From NCBI RefSeq assembly GCF_024502345.1, contig NZ_JALDNN010000001.1: a stretch of DNA of 64,000 nucleotides; one strand, 5' to 3'. The position numbers and the translations under genes are program-made. Under the pieces are notes generated by a model, which made no database searches, had not been told where the DNA came from, and was given only the letters and a program-made list of their open reading frames with translations. Position 1 is the first letter of the stretch. Each line of letters begins with the position of its first letter. Source of the stretch: Escherichia coli (GTDB lineage: Bacteria > Pseudomonadota > Gammaproteobacteria > Enterobacterales > Enterobacteriaceae). Shown here piece by piece: positions 32,062 through 42,669 of the stretch.

Positions 32062-32088
32062 TTTCTGACGGGCAGAAAGCCGTCGCCC
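32062..32088 (+). promoter_or_regulatory. conserved leader motif upstream of psuT (alternative hairpins)
   Basis: TTTCTGACGGGCAGAAAGCCGTCGCCC; near-identical copy upstream of nupX; can fold as TTTCTG/CAGAAA, GACGG/CCGTC or GGGC/GCCC stems. Confidence 0.4.
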
Positions 32089-32154
32089 GTACTCATCAAG
32101 CATACCAAAACCTGGCGCTGACGCCGGGTTTACTGGCATGAAGGGAAAATCATT

Positions 32155-33405
32155 ATGGATATAATGAGAAGTGTTGTGGGGATGGTGGTGTTACTGGCAA
32201 TAGCATTTCTGTTGTCAGTGAATAAAAAGAGCATCAGTTTGCGCACGGTTGGAGCCGCACTGCTGCTGCAAATCGCTATTGGTGGCATCATGCTCTACTT
32301 CCCACCGGGAAAGTGGGCAGTAGAACAGGCGGCATTAGGCGTTCATAAAGTGATGTCTTACAGTGATGCCGGTAGCGCCTTCATTTTTGGTTCGCTGGTT
32401 GGGCCGAAAATGGATGTCCTGTTTGACGGTGCGGGTTTTATCTTCGCCTTTCGCGTACTTCCGGCGATTATTTTCGTTACTGCGCTCATCAGTCTGCTGT
32501 ACTACATTGGCGTGATGGGGCTGCTGATTCGCATCCTTGGCAGCATTTTCCAGAAAGCTCTTAACATCAGCAAAATCGAATCTTTTGTCGCAGTCACAAC
32601 TATTTTCCTCGGGCAAAATGAGATCCCGGCGATCGTTAAACCGTTTATCGATCGCATGAATCGCAACGAGTTGTTTACCGCAATTTGTAGCGGGATGGCG
32701 TCCATTGCTGGTTCGATGATGATTGGTTATGCTGGAATGGGCGTACCAATTGACTACCTGTTAGCGGCATCGCTGATGGCGATCCCAGGTGGTATTTTGT
32801 TTGCACGTATTCTTAGCCCGGCCACCGAGCCTTCGCAGGTCACATTTGAAAATCTGTCGTTCAGCGAAACGCCGCCAAAAAGCTTTATCGAAGCGGCGGC
32901 GAGCGGTGCGATGACCGGGCTGAAAATCGCCGCTGGTGTAGCGACGGTGGTAATGGCGTTTGTCGCAATTATTGCGCTGATCAACGGCATTATCGGCGGA
33001 ATTGGTGGCTGGTTTGGTTTCGCCAATGCCTCTCTGGAAAGTATTTTTGGCTATGTGCTGGCACCGCTGGCGTGGATCATGGGTGTGGACTGGAGTGATG
33101 CCAATCTTGCGGGTAGCCTGATTGGGCAGAAACTGGCGATTAACGAATTCGTCGCTTACCTGAGTTTCTCCCCATACCTGCAAACGGGCGGCACGCTGGA
33201 AGTGAAAACCATTGCGATTATCTCCTTTGCGCTTTGTGGTTTTGCTAACTTTGGTTCTATCGGTGTTGTCGTTGGCGCATTTTCGGCTATTTCGCCAAAA
33301 CGTGCTCCAGAAATCGCCCAGCTTGGTTTACGGGCGCTGGCAGCAGCAACGCTTTCCAACCTGATGAGTGCGACTATTGCCGGGTTCTTTATTGGTCTGG
33401 CGTAA
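32155..33405 (+). CDS. psuT: CNT-family nucleoside transporter PsuT (YeiM)
   Basis: 416-aa multi-TM product recognised as YeiM/PsuT; paralog of NupX. Confidence 0.9.
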   Translation: MDIMRSVVGMVVLLAIAFLLSVNKKSISLRTVGAALLLQIAIGGIMLYFPPGKWAVEQAALGVHKVMSYSDAGSAFIFGSLVGPKMDVLFDGAGFIFAFRVLPAIIFVTALISLLYYIGVMGLLIRILGSIFQKALNISKIESFVAVTTIFLGQNEIPAIVKPFIDRMNRNELFTAICSGMASIAGSMMIGYAGMGVPIDYLLAASLMAIPGGILFARILSPATEPSQVTFENLSFSETPPKSFIEAAASGAMTGLKIAAGVATVVMAFVAIIALINGIIGGIGGWFGFANASLESIFGYVLAPLAWIMGVDWSDANLAGSLIGQKLAINEFVAYLSFSPYLQTGGTLEVKTIAIISFALCGFANFGSIGVVVGAFSAISPKRAPEIAQLGLRALAAATLSNLMSATIAGFFIGLA

Positions 33406-33415
33406 TGCTCGATTT

Positions 33416-33457
33416 GTAGACCGGATAAAACGTATTAAGCGTTGCATCCGGCAATCG
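33416..33457. repeat. REP-like palindromic element downstream of psuT
   Basis: GTAGACCGGATAAAACGTATTAAGCGTTGCATCCGGCAATCG (CCGGAT...ATCCGG arms). Confidence 0.5.
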
Positions 33458-33475
33458 CGCTATTGCAAATAATTT

Positions 33476-34135
33476 TTACTGCATCATCCCGGAGAATTTA
33501 TTCTCCGGGTCCATCTCCAGCGCCAGTCCTGACAACTGCTTTCTGTTTTTAATGAGATACCCTTTCTTGCTTTTAGTTAATAAACCGTCGTGAATGAATT
33601 GCGCGAGAACATATAAAAGATGTCGATAAGAAACGCCTAAATACTCTGCCGCTTGCGTATGCTTTTCGTGATAAAGATCACCTTCCTGCGAGAGTAATAT
33701 AAAAGCTGCCAGGCGATTAACTAACGGAAATGATTGATTCTGAGTTAAAGAAACAATATTACGATAATTTTTATGACTTAAGGTGACGCAGAGTTTTCGT
33801 AAAAATAGCGTGTCGTTTAATAACAGCGGGCGGTAATGTTTCATAGAGAGCGCAAGGCACCAACACTCTTCAATAGCCTGCACCGCACGCGGTTCATGGT
33901 CTTTGTCGATTAACTCAATCTCACCAATAAAACAGGGGGCGGCAAAGAAATCGATCAGCGACACGCGACCATTAGCAAGCGTGGCGTAAAGCCTGGCGCG
34001 GCCTCGCGTCAGATAAAACAGCCAGGACGGCTGTTGCCCTTCCTGCACAATGTAGTCACGCGCTAAAAAATGAAACAGCCGCGTATCGGCTGAAACATCC
34101 GTTAAAAAGCAATCCTTAAACGCGGATTCACTCAT
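33476..34135 (-). CDS. yeiL: Crp/Fnr-family transcriptional regulator YeiL
   Basis: Cyclic-nucleotide-binding-like domain plus C-terminal HTH; start taken at MSESAFKD (219 aa), the ORF extends to 34174. Confidence 0.8.
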   Translation of the reverse strand: MSESAFKDCFLTDVSADTRLFHFLARDYIVQEGQQPSWLFYLTRGRARLYATLANGRVSLIDFFAAPCFIGEIELIDKDHEPRAVQAIEECWCLALSMKHYRPLLLNDTLFLRKLCVTLSHKNYRNIVSLTQNQSFPLVNRLAAFILLSQEGDLYHEKHTQAAEYLGVSYRHLLYVLAQFIHDGLLTKSKKGYLIKNRKQLSGLALEMDPENKFSGMMQ

Positions 34136-34303
34136 CAATTGCAGCTTAAGATCATTATTGTGGATTTCTTTCACGATGTTTATCCGCTGTGAGATTTCTC
34201 ATATTTAGCATACGTACGCTGTTGTTAAGATTCAATCATCGGCCCGGTCGAATTTTCTTTGCTGTAGAAAAAATAACGCAACTGGAAACAGAGGAAATAA
34301 ACA

Positions 34304-35245
34304 ATGGAAAAGAGAAAAATTATTCTGGATTGTGATCCGGGTCATGATGATGCTATTGCAATGATGATGGCAGCGAAACATCCGGCGATTGATTTATTAG
34401 GCATCACTATTGTAGCGGGTAATCAGACGCTTGATAAAACATTAATTAATGGCCTGAATGTTTGCCAGAAACTGGAGATTAATGTTCCGGTTTATGCGGG
34501 GATGCCGCAACCCATTATGCGTCAACAAATCGTTGCCGATAATATTCACGGTGAAACCGGACTGGATGGCCCGGTATTCGAGCCGCTGACCCGCCAGGCA
34601 GAAAGTACCCACGCGGTGAAATACATCATTGATACCCTGATGGCAAGCGATGGCGATATCACTCTGGTGCCGGTTGGTCCGCTTTCAAATATCGCGGTGG
34701 CAATGCGTATGCAACCCGCGATCCTGCCCAAAATCCGTGAAATTGTGCTAATGGGCGGCGCTTACGGTACAGGCAACTTCACGCCATCTGCCGAGTTCAA
34801 CATCTTTGCTGACCCGGAAGCCGCACGCGTGGTGTTCACCTCCGGCGTTCCATTAGTGATGATGGGCCTCGATCTTACCAACCAGACCGTTTGCACCCCG
34901 GACGTAATTGCTCGGATGGAAAGGGCAGGCGGCCCTGCCGGAGAGCTGTTCAGCGACATCATGAACTTCACTCTCAAAACGCAGTTCGAAAACTACGGCC
35001 TGGCTGGCGGCCCGGTGCACGACGCCACCTGCATCGGTTATCTGATTAACCCTGATGGCATTAAAACCCAGGAGATGTACGTCGAAGTGGACGTCAACAG
35101 TGGCCCTTGCTATGGGCGTACCGTCTGCGACGAGCTGGGCGTTCTTGGCAAGCCCGCTAATACCAAAGTCGGCATCACTATTGATACCGACTGGTTCTGG
35201 GGCTTAGTCGAAGAGTGCGTGCGCGGCTACATCAAAACCCATTAA
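34304..35245 (+). CDS. rihB: pyrimidine-specific ribonucleoside hydrolase RihB
   Basis: 313-aa product with N-terminal DCDPGHDD inosine-uridine hydrolase motif. Confidence 0.9.
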   Translation: MEKRKIILDCDPGHDDAIAMMMAAKHPAIDLLGITIVAGNQTLDKTLINGLNVCQKLEINVPVYAGMPQPIMRQQIVADNIHGETGLDGPVFEPLTRQAESTHAVKYIIDTLMASDGDITLVPVGPLSNIAVAMRMQPAILPKIREIVLMGGAYGTGNFTPSAEFNIFADPEAARVVFTSGVPLVMMGLDLTNQTVCTPDVIARMERAGGPAGELFSDIMNFTLKTQFENYGLAGGPVHDATCIGYLINPDGIKTQEMYVEVDVNSGPCYGRTVCDELGVLGKPANTKVGITIDTDWFWGLVEECVRGYIKTH

Positions 35246-35292
35246 GTGTTGATAACAAGCCGGGTCAGTATCGCAAGATCCAAGCCCGGCTA

Positions 35293-35319
35293 TTTCTGAT
35301 GGGCAGAAAGCCGTCGCCC
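35293..35319 (+). promoter_or_regulatory. conserved leader motif upstream of nupX (paralogous to the psuT leader)
   Basis: TTTCTGATGGGCAGAAAGCCGTCGCCC, 26/27 identical to the psuT leader; the single difference keeps pairing as a G-U wobble. Confidence 0.4.
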
Positions 35320-35344
35320 AATATGACATGAAGAGATAATAACT

Positions 35345-36595
35345 ATGGATGTCATGAGAAGTGTTCTGGGAATGGTGGTATTGCTGACGATTGCGTTTTT
35401 ACTGTCAGTAAACAAGAAGAAGATCAGCCTGCGTACCGTTGGCGCGGCGTTAGTGTTACAGGTCGTGATTGGCGGGATTATGCTTTGGTTACCGCCAGGG
35501 TGTTGGGTCGCTGAAAAAGTCGCTTTTGGCGTGCATAAAGTGATGGCGTACAGCGACGCGGGTAGCGCATTTATCTTCGGTTCGCTGGTCGGGCCGAAAA
35601 TGGACACGCTGTTTGATGGCGCAGGATTTATCTTTGGTTTCAGAGTGTTACCGGCAATTATCTTCGTCACCGCGCTGGTGAGTATTCTCTATTACATCGG
35701 TGTGATGGGGATCTTAATTCGCATTCTCGGCGGTATATTCCAGAAAGCATTAAATATCAGCAAGATCGAGTCATTCGTCGCGGTCACTACCATTTTCCTC
35801 GGGCAAAACGAAATTCCGGCAATCGTCAAACCCTTTATCGATCGTCTGAATCGCAATGAATTATTTACAGCGATTTGTAGTGGCATGGCCTCGATTGCTG
35901 GTTCGACAATGATTGGTTACGCCGCACTGGGCGTACCTGTGGAATATTTGCTGGCGGCATCGTTAATGGCGATCCCAGGCGGAATCTTGTTTGCCCGCCT
36001 GTTAAGCCCGGCTACGGAATCTTCGCAGGTTTCTTTTAATAACCTCTCTTTCACCGAAACACCGCCAAAAAGCATTATTGAAGCCGCCGCGACAGGGGCA
36101 ATGACCGGGCTGAAAATCGCCGCAGGTGTGGCGACAGTAGTGATGGCATTTGTCGCCATCATTGCGTTAATTAACGGTATTATCGGCGGCGTTGGCGGCT
36201 GGTTTGGTTTTGAACATGCCTCGCTGGAGTCCATTTTAGGTTATCTGCTGGCCCCACTGGCGTGGGTAATGGGTGTTGACTGGAGTGATGCGAATCTTGC
36301 CGGGAGTTTGATTGGACAGAAACTGGCAATAAATGAATTTGTCGCTTATCTCAATTTCTCACCCTATCTGCAAACGGCTGGCACTCTGGATGCTAAAACC
36401 GTGGCGATTATTTCCTTCGCGTTGTGCGGTTTCGCTAACTTTGGTTCTATCGGGGTGGTGGTGGGGGCGTTTTCTGCGGTTGCACCACACCGTGCGCCGG
36501 AAATCGCCCAGCTTGGTTTACGCGCGCTGGCGGCGGCGACACTTTCTAACCTGATGAGTGCCACCATTGCCGGGTTCTTTATTGGTTTAGCGTAG
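35345..36595 (+). CDS. nupX: CNT-family nucleoside permease NupX
   Basis: 416-aa multi-TM product recognised as NupX. Confidence 0.9.
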   Translation: MDVMRSVLGMVVLLTIAFLLSVNKKKISLRTVGAALVLQVVIGGIMLWLPPGCWVAEKVAFGVHKVMAYSDAGSAFIFGSLVGPKMDTLFDGAGFIFGFRVLPAIIFVTALVSILYYIGVMGILIRILGGIFQKALNISKIESFVAVTTIFLGQNEIPAIVKPFIDRLNRNELFTAICSGMASIAGSTMIGYAALGVPVEYLLAASLMAIPGGILFARLLSPATESSQVSFNNLSFTETPPKSIIEAAATGAMTGLKIAAGVATVVMAFVAIIALINGIIGGVGGWFGFEHASLESILGYLLAPLAWVMGVDWSDANLAGSLIGQKLAINEFVAYLNFSPYLQTAGTLDAKTVAIISFALCGFANFGSIGVVVGAFSAVAPHRAPEIAQLGLRALAAATLSNLMSATIAGFFIGLA

Positions 36596-36607
36596 TGTGC
36601 GATTTAT

Positions 36608-36646
36608 GAGCCGGATAAGATGCGGTCAAGCGTCGAATCCGGCAAC
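36608..36646. repeat. REP-like palindromic element downstream of nupX
   Basis: GAGCCGGATAAGATGCGGTCAAGCGTCGAATCCGGCAAC. Confidence 0.5.
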
Positions 36647-36650
36647 ATTG

Positions 36651-37739
36651 TTACACCATTGGCACTAATGAAAGCGCGTTATCGGCAGACAGGGTAGGGT
36701 TGTTTAAGCTGCCGCTGGCGCGTGAAATTGCCGCGCAGGCTACCGCAAAACGGGCGCTGTCGCGGAAACTGTATCCTTCAAGAAAGCTATATACCAGGCC
36801 CGCCATAAAACCATCGTCAGCACCAAAACTGTCTACTGTCGTATGCGCTGGCGCGGTCAGCAAAAATTGTTCTCCATCCTTTTCGCTGCAATAAACTGAC
36901 TCATCGGGCAAATAAACAAACAGTTGCTGAACACCTTGCTGATGCAACGCATTCACTGCAGCATTACGGTCAGCATCGCTGGTGATCGCCTGTCCCCATA
37001 AAATTTCCAGCTCCGGTAAAGTGGGTTTCAGGGTGTGAATATGCGCCAGCCAGTGTTTGATTTTGCCCGCTTTGAATTCTGAAACGGTATCGACAAACAC
37101 CGGGATCTCATCAGCGAGGGTAAAGACCCATTCCAGCGCCTCGGCTGTCAGGTTGCAATCAGCCAGTACCACGCCCGCATGACGAAGTAAATCGCGCGAC
37201 CCGTTCAGTAGTTGCGGTGTCAACTGTTCCAGCAGATGGGTATCGTTAATCGCCAGCACGGTTTGATCGTCTCGATTGGCAATTGCCAGATACGTCGATG
37301 TGCTTTGACCATGCAAACGAACGCAGCCGGAGACATTCACGCCGGCGCGGCGCGTTTCTTCCAGGAGCATTTCGCCATAAAAGTCATCGCCAATCACTGA
37401 AAGCAAATGGACGTCACGGCCTAACAGCGCCAGATTGTGGGCGATATTGCGTCCAACGCCGCCTGCCGAGCAATGAATTGTACCGGGATGAGAAGCCGCT
37501 TGCGGGTAATGGATATCCGCCATCCCGCGAATATCCATATTGATTGTCCCCACCACTACGCAGTATTCCTGCTCGGTGAGAATGTAACCTTTGCCTTTAA
37601 TCCGGCCTTTGCGCATTAAATCCATAATATGCGCCGCAACGCGCGAACGACTGATTTGCAGCATGTTCGCAATTTCGTTCTGCTGAATCAGCGGGTTACG
37701 CCGTAAAATTGCAAGGATCTCCTTTTCCCGGTTATTCAT
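36651..37739 (-). CDS. yeiI: PfkB-family kinase with N-terminal HTH domain, YeiI
   Basis: 362-aa product; N-terminal winged HTH plus ribokinase-like domain paralogous to PsuK. Confidence 0.85.
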   Translation of the reverse strand: MNNREKEILAILRRNPLIQQNEIANMLQISRSRVAAHIMDLMRKGRIKGKGYILTEQEYCVVVGTINMDIRGMADIHYPQAASHPGTIHCSAGGVGRNIAHNLALLGRDVHLLSVIGDDFYGEMLLEETRRAGVNVSGCVRLHGQSTSTYLAIANRDDQTVLAINDTHLLEQLTPQLLNGSRDLLRHAGVVLADCNLTAEALEWVFTLADEIPVFVDTVSEFKAGKIKHWLAHIHTLKPTLPELEILWGQAITSDADRNAAVNALHQQGVQQLFVYLPDESVYCSEKDGEQFLLTAPAHTTVDSFGADDGFMAGLVYSFLEGYSFRDSARFAVACAAISRASGSLNNPTLSADNALSLVPMV

Positions 37740-37741
37740 CT

Positions 37742-38599
37742 TCAGGCTACCGCTTTTTCAGTTTGTTGCGCTTTCAGCCAGGCGATCTCTTCTGCCCAGA
37801 TATCCGGGTTGATGGTTTCAAGGATCAGCGGAATGCCGTCGAAACGGTCGTCCTGCATGATCCAGCGGAACGCATCATGACCGATATTGCCTTCACCGAG
37901 GCTATGATGGCGGTCAACGCGGCTGCCAAAGGTGCTTTTCGCATCGTTAAGGTGCATCCCGCGCAGATACTTAAAGCCGACAATACGGGCAAAATCAGCG
38001 AACGTTTTCTCGCATTCGGCTGGAGTACGCAAATCATACCCGGCAGCGAAAGCATGGCAGGTATCAATGCAGACGCCGACGCGGGATTTATCTTCCACGC
38101 CGTCGATAATCGCCGCGAGATGTTCGAATTTAAACCCTAAGTTACTGCCCTGACCGGCGGTGTTTTCAATCACCGCGGTCACACCTTGAGTTTTATCCAG
38201 CGCAATGTTGATGGATTCGGCAATACGCGCAAGGCAATCCTCTTCTGAAATCTGCATCAGATGGCTGCCAGGGTGGAAGTTGAGCAAAGAAAGCCCCAGC
38301 TGTTCGCAACGCTGCATTTCATCTATAAAGGCATCGCGCGATTTTTCCAGAGCTTCAGTGACCGGATGTCCGAGGTTAATCAGATAACTGTCGTGGGGAA
38401 GAATTTGCGCCGATGTGTAGTGATATTTTTCACAGGCGGCTTTGAATTCATCGATGGTTTGCGTCGTGAGCGGTGCGGCACGCCACTGACGTTGGTTTTT
38501 GGTGAACAAGGCAAACGCGGTTGCGTCGATTTCGGCGGCGCGAATTGCGGCATTTGCCAGACCGCCAGCAGCACTAACGTGCGCTCCAATGTATTTCAT
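37742..38599 (-). CDS. nfo: endonuclease IV (AP endonuclease)
   Basis: 285-aa product [14 protein letters not shown]... recognised as Nfo. Confidence 0.95.
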   Translation of the reverse strand: MKYIGAHVSAAGGLANAAIRAAEIDATAFALFTKNQRQWRAAPLTTQTIDEFKAACEKYHYTSAQILPHDSYLINLGHPVTEALEKSRDAFIDEMQRCEQLGLSLLNFHPGSHLMQISEEDCLARIAESINIALDKTQGVTAVIENTAGQGSNLGFKFEHLAAIIDGVEDKSRVGVCIDTCHAFAAGYDLRTPAECEKTFADFARIVGFKYLRGMHLNDAKSTFGSRVDRHHSLGEGNIGHDAFRWIMQDDRFDGIPLILETINPDIWAEEIAWLKAQQTEKAVA

Positions 38600-38672
38600 G
38601 CGAGGACTCCTGTTAAACCCGCTGGAGGAAAACGGTAATGATAGCGGGTTAACAGGAGCAAGATGTAGTGGT

Positions 38673-39722
38673 TTATGCGATGACGCTTTGAATCACATAG
38701 TTAATCGCACCACCACCAACAATCAGCCAGGCAAACAGAACCAGTGCCATCAGCAGAGGTTTCGCCCCGGCTTTTTTCAGCGCGCTGACGTGAGTGGTCA
38801 GACCCAGCGCCGCCATCGCCATTGCCAGCAGGAAGGTATCCAGCGTTACCAGCATGTTCACCACGCTCTGCGGTAACAGGTGGAACGAGTTAAAGATGGC
38901 AACTACGATGAACAAGATGGCAAACCACGGAATAGTGATTTTGCTTTTCTCGCCGCTGTTCGCCCCAGACAGCTGTTTAACACGCGCCGCCAGCAGGATG
39001 AGGAACGGAGCCAGCATCATCACGCGCAGCATTTTGGAAATAACTGCTGCGTTTTCCGCATCCGGGCTGATGGCATGACCTGCCGCCACCACCTGCGCCA
39101 CTTCGTGCACAGTAGAACCAATGTAGATACCGAAAGTTTCCGGACTAAACCATTGAGACATCAGCGGATATATCGCCGGGTAGAGGAAAATCGCGATGGT
39201 CCCGAAGATAACAACGGTTGCAACAGCCACGGTTACTTTACTGGCTTCCGCTTTCACTACCGGCTCAGTCGCCAGTACCGCGGCAGCACCACAGATACTG
39301 CTACCGGCACCGATCAACCAGCTGGTGTGCTTATCCAGACCAAACACTTTCTGCCCCAGGAAGCAAGCCAGCAGGAAGGTACTGGACAGCGTCAACACGT
39401 CAATGATGATCCCACTGATACCGACATCGGCAATTTGCGAGAACGTCAGACGGAAGCCATAAAGAATGATACCCAGACGTAATAAATATTGCTTGGCAAA
39501 CAGCACACCACCGTCACAGCTTTTCCAGATGTGCGGATAGATGGTGTTGCCTAAAACCATCCCCAACAAGATTGCGAGGGTGAGGGCACTAAACCCGGCA
39601 CCCGCAACCGCGGGAATGGAACCACCCCACAGGGCGACCCCGGTGATAACTGCACTCAGGGCTAACCCCGGAATAAAATGCCACAGTGTACGATGTTGTT
39701 TCTGTAAGGTGATATTCGTCAT
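38673..39722 (-). CDS. yeiH: UPF0324 inner membrane protein YeiH
   Basis: 349-aa multi-TM product recognised as YeiH. Confidence 0.85.
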   Translation of the reverse strand: MTNITLQKQHRTLWHFIPGLALSAVITGVALWGGSIPAVAGAGFSALTLAILLGMVLGNTIYPHIWKSCDGGVLFAKQYLLRLGIILYGFRLTFSQIADVGISGIIIDVLTLSSTFLLACFLGQKVFGLDKHTSWLIGAGSSICGAAAVLATEPVVKAEASKVTVAVATVVIFGTIAIFLYPAIYPLMSQWFSPETFGIYIGSTVHEVAQVVAAGHAISPDAENAAVISKMLRVMMLAPFLILLAARVKQLSGANSGEKSKITIPWFAILFIVVAIFNSFHLLPQSVVNMLVTLDTFLLAMAMAALGLTTHVSALKKAGAKPLLMALVLFAWLIVGGGAINYVIQSVIA

Positions 39723-39820
39723 AACCCTCTCCTTTAACCGGGCATAAGGTTACGACTAACTGGTTTAAAAATAAAATTGATTATATATTTATAATTAATC
39801 TTTATAAGTGGTAAGCGACT

Positions 39821-40702
39821 ATGCACATCACCCTCCGGCAGTTGGAAGTTTTTGCAGAAGTATTGAAAAGTGGATCAACCACCCAGGCGTCGGTGATGCT
39901 GGCGTTGTCGCAATCAGCAGTGAGCGCAGCCTTGACCGACCTGGAAGGGCAGCTTGGCGTGCAACTGTTTGATCGCGTGGGGAAAAGACTGGTTGTTAAT
40001 GAACACGGGCGGCTGCTCTATCCGCGTGCGTTGGCATTGCTTGAACAGGCGGTTGAAATCGAACAACTGTTTCGCGAAGACAACGGCGCGATTCGTATCT
40101 ATGCCAGTAGTACCATCGGTAACTACATTCTGCCTGCAGTTATCGCCCGTTATCGCCATGATTATCCGCAGTTGCCGATTGAACTTAGCGTTGGGAACAG
40201 CCAGGACGTGATGCAAGCGGTGCTGGATTTCCGCGTTGATATTGGCTTTATTGAAGGACCGTGCCACAGCACTGAAATCATTTCTGAACCGTGGCTGGAA
40301 GACGAGCTGGTGGTTTTCGCCGCGCCGACTTCGCCGTTGGCTCGTGGTCCGGTCACCTTAGAACAGCTGGCCGCTGCGCCGTGGATCCTGCGTGAACGCG
40401 GTTCCGGCACGCGGGAGATTGTCGATTATCTATTGCTGTCACATTTACCGAAGTTTGAGATGGCGATGGAATTAGGTAACTCCGAGGCAATCAAACATGC
40501 GGTGCGTCATGGGTTGGGAATTAGTTGCCTGTCGCGACGGGTGATTGAAGATCAATTGCAGGCAGGCACATTAAGTGAAGTTGCGGTCCCTCTGCCGCGC
40601 CTGATGCGTACGTTGTGGCGTATACATCATCGGCAAAAACACCTTTCCAACGCGCTACGGCGCTTTCTGGACTATTGCGATCCCGCGAATGTACCGCGTT
40701 AA
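39821..40702 (+). CDS. yeiE: LysR-type transcriptional regulator YeiE
   Basis: 293-aa product with N-terminal LysR HTH; divergent from yeiH. Confidence 0.9.
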
Positions 40703-40906
40703 GTTGCTGTACAAGAACATGCTGGTGCTGTGTCGATTTCGTGACGCAGCGCCCTCAGCATGCATTCGCCAGAAAAGAGATTGGCTGCTTTACTTATAAT
40801 CCCTGGGCGATCATGAAGGTGTCTTATAACCGTGTATTTCTGCCGGAAGGATTGCCAATCGTCTGCTACAATCGCGCCTCATTTTTAAGATGGATAGCAT
40901 TTTTGT

Positions 40907-42376
40907 ATGGTTTCCGAAACTAAAACCACAGAAGCGCCGGGCTTACGCCGTGAATTAAAGGCGCGTCACCTGACGATGATTGCCATTGGCGGTTCCATCG
41001 GTACAGGTCTTTTTGTTGCCTCTGGCGCAACGATTTCTCAGGCAGGTCCGGGCGGGGCATTGCTCTCGTATATGCTGATTGGCCTGATGGTTTACTTCCT
41101 GATGACCAGTCTCGGTGAACTGGCTGCATATATGCCGGTTTCCGGTTCGTTTGCCACTTACGGTCAGAACTATGTTGAAGAAGGCTTTGGCTTCGCGCTG
41201 GGCTGGAACTACTGGTACAACTGGGCGGTGACTATTGCCGTTGACCTGGTTGCAGCTCAGCTGGTCATGAGCTGGTGGTTCCCGGATACACCGGGCTGGA
41301 TCTGGAGTGCGTTGTTCCTCGGCGTTATCTTCCTGCTGAACTACATCTCTGTTCGCGGCTTTGGTGAAGCGGAATACTGGTTCTCACTGATCAAAGTCAC
41401 GACAGTTATTGTCTTTATCATCGTTGGCGTGCTGATGATTATCGGTATCTTCAAAGGCGCGCAGCCTGCGGGCTGGAGCAACTGGACAATCGGCGAAGCG
41501 CCGTTTGCTGGTGGTTTTGCGGCGATGATCGGCGTAGCTATGATTGTCGGCTTCTCTTTCCAGGGAACCGAGCTGATCGGTATTGCTGCAGGCGAGTCCG
41601 AAGATCCGGGGAAAAACATTCCACGCGCGGTACGTCAGGTGTTCTGGCGAATCCTGTTGTTCTATGTGTTCGCGATTCTGATTATCAGCCTGATTATTCC
41701 GTATACCGATCCGAGCCTGCTGCGTAACGATGTTAAAGACATCAGCGTCAGTCCGTTCACCCTGGTGTTCCAGCACGCGGGTCTGCTCTCTGCGGCGGCG
41801 GTGATGAACGCAGTTATTCTGACGGCGGTGCTGTCAGCAGGTAACTCCGGTATGTATGCGTCTACTCGTATGCTGTACACCCTGGCGTGTGACGGTAAAG
41901 CGCCGCGCATTTTCGCTAAATTGTCGCGTGGTGGCGTGCCGCGTAATGCGCTGTATGCGACGACGGTGATTGCCGGTTTGTGCTTCCTGACCTCCATGTT
42001 TGGCAACCAGACGGTATACCTGTGGCTGCTGAACACCTCCGGGATGACGGGTTTTATCGCCTGGCTGGGGATTGCCATTAGCCACTATCGCTTCCGTCGC
42101 GGTTACGTATTGCAGGGACACGACATTAACGATCTGCCGTACCGTTCAGGTTTCTTCCCACTGGGGCCGATCTTCGCATTCATTCTGTGTCTGATTATCA
42201 CTTTGGGCCAGAACTACGAAGCGTTCCTGAAAGATACCATTGACTGGGGCGGCGTAGCGGCAACGTATATTGGTATCCCGCTGTTCCTGATTATTTGGTT
42301 CGGCTACAAGCTGATTAAAGGAACTCACTTCGTACGCTACAGCGAAATGAAGTTCCCGCAGAACGATAAGAAATAA
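40907..42376 (+). CDS. lysP: lysine-specific permease LysP (APC family)
   Basis: 489-aa multi-TM product recognised as LysP. Confidence 0.95.
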   Translation: MVSETKTTEAPGLRRELKARHLTMIAIGGSIGTGLFVASGATISQAGPGGALLSYMLIGLMVYFLMTSLGELAAYMPVSGSFATYGQNYVEEGFGFALGWNYWYNWAVTIAVDLVAAQLVMSWWFPDTPGWIWSALFLGVIFLLNYISVRGFGEAEYWFSLIKVTTVIVFIIVGVLMIIGIFKGAQPAGWSNWTIGEAPFAGGFAAMIGVAMIVGFSFQGTELIGIAAGESEDPGKNIPRAVRQVFWRILLFYVFAILIISLIIPYTDPSLLRNDVKDISVSPFTLVFQHAGLLSAAAVMNAVILTAVLSAGNSGMYASTRMLYTLACDGKAPRIFAKLSRGGVPRNALYATTVIAGLCFLTSMFGNQTVYLWLLNTSGMTGFIAWLGIAISHYRFRRGYVLQGHDINDLPYRSGFFPLGPIFAFILCLIITLGQNYEAFLKDTIDWGGVAATYIGIPLFLIIWFGYKLIKGTHFVRYSEMKFPQNDKK

Positions 42377-42397
42377 GTTTCCTCCCTTCCTTGCTAA

Positions 42398-42422
42398 GCC
42401 CTCTCAACCGAGAGGGCTTTTT
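42398..42422 (+). terminator. rho-independent terminator of lysP
   Basis: GCCCTCTC-AACC-GAGAGGGC hairpin followed by TTTTT. Confidence 0.85.
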
Positions 42423-42473
42423 CAATTCCATTTCCCTGACAAATCATGCGGATATAAAATTTAACATTTGGAT

Positions 42474-42500
42474 TGATAATTGTTATCGTTTGCATTATCG
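42474..42500. promoter_or_regulatory. Fur box candidate in the cirA promoter region
   Basis: GATAATTGTTATCGTTTGCATTATCG, overlapping matches to the Fur consensus GATAATGATAATCATTATC, upstream of cirA. Confidence 0.55.
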
Positions 42501-42669
42501 TTACGCCGCAATCAAAAAAGGCTGACAAATCAGGGGCTGTTCCGGCTTTCTGGGATGATCACCTGCATAAAAAATAAGTCCACCGCGATGCTGCCGTACG
42601 CAAGGGGACGTGAAGAAGATGTGAGCGATAACCCATTTTATTTTCGTAGTTACCTCATGGAGATATGGA

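Noticed and set aside
38880-39482. 200-aa plus-strand ORF overlapping yeiH
   Set aside because: Antisense shadow ORF inside a recognised membrane protein gene.
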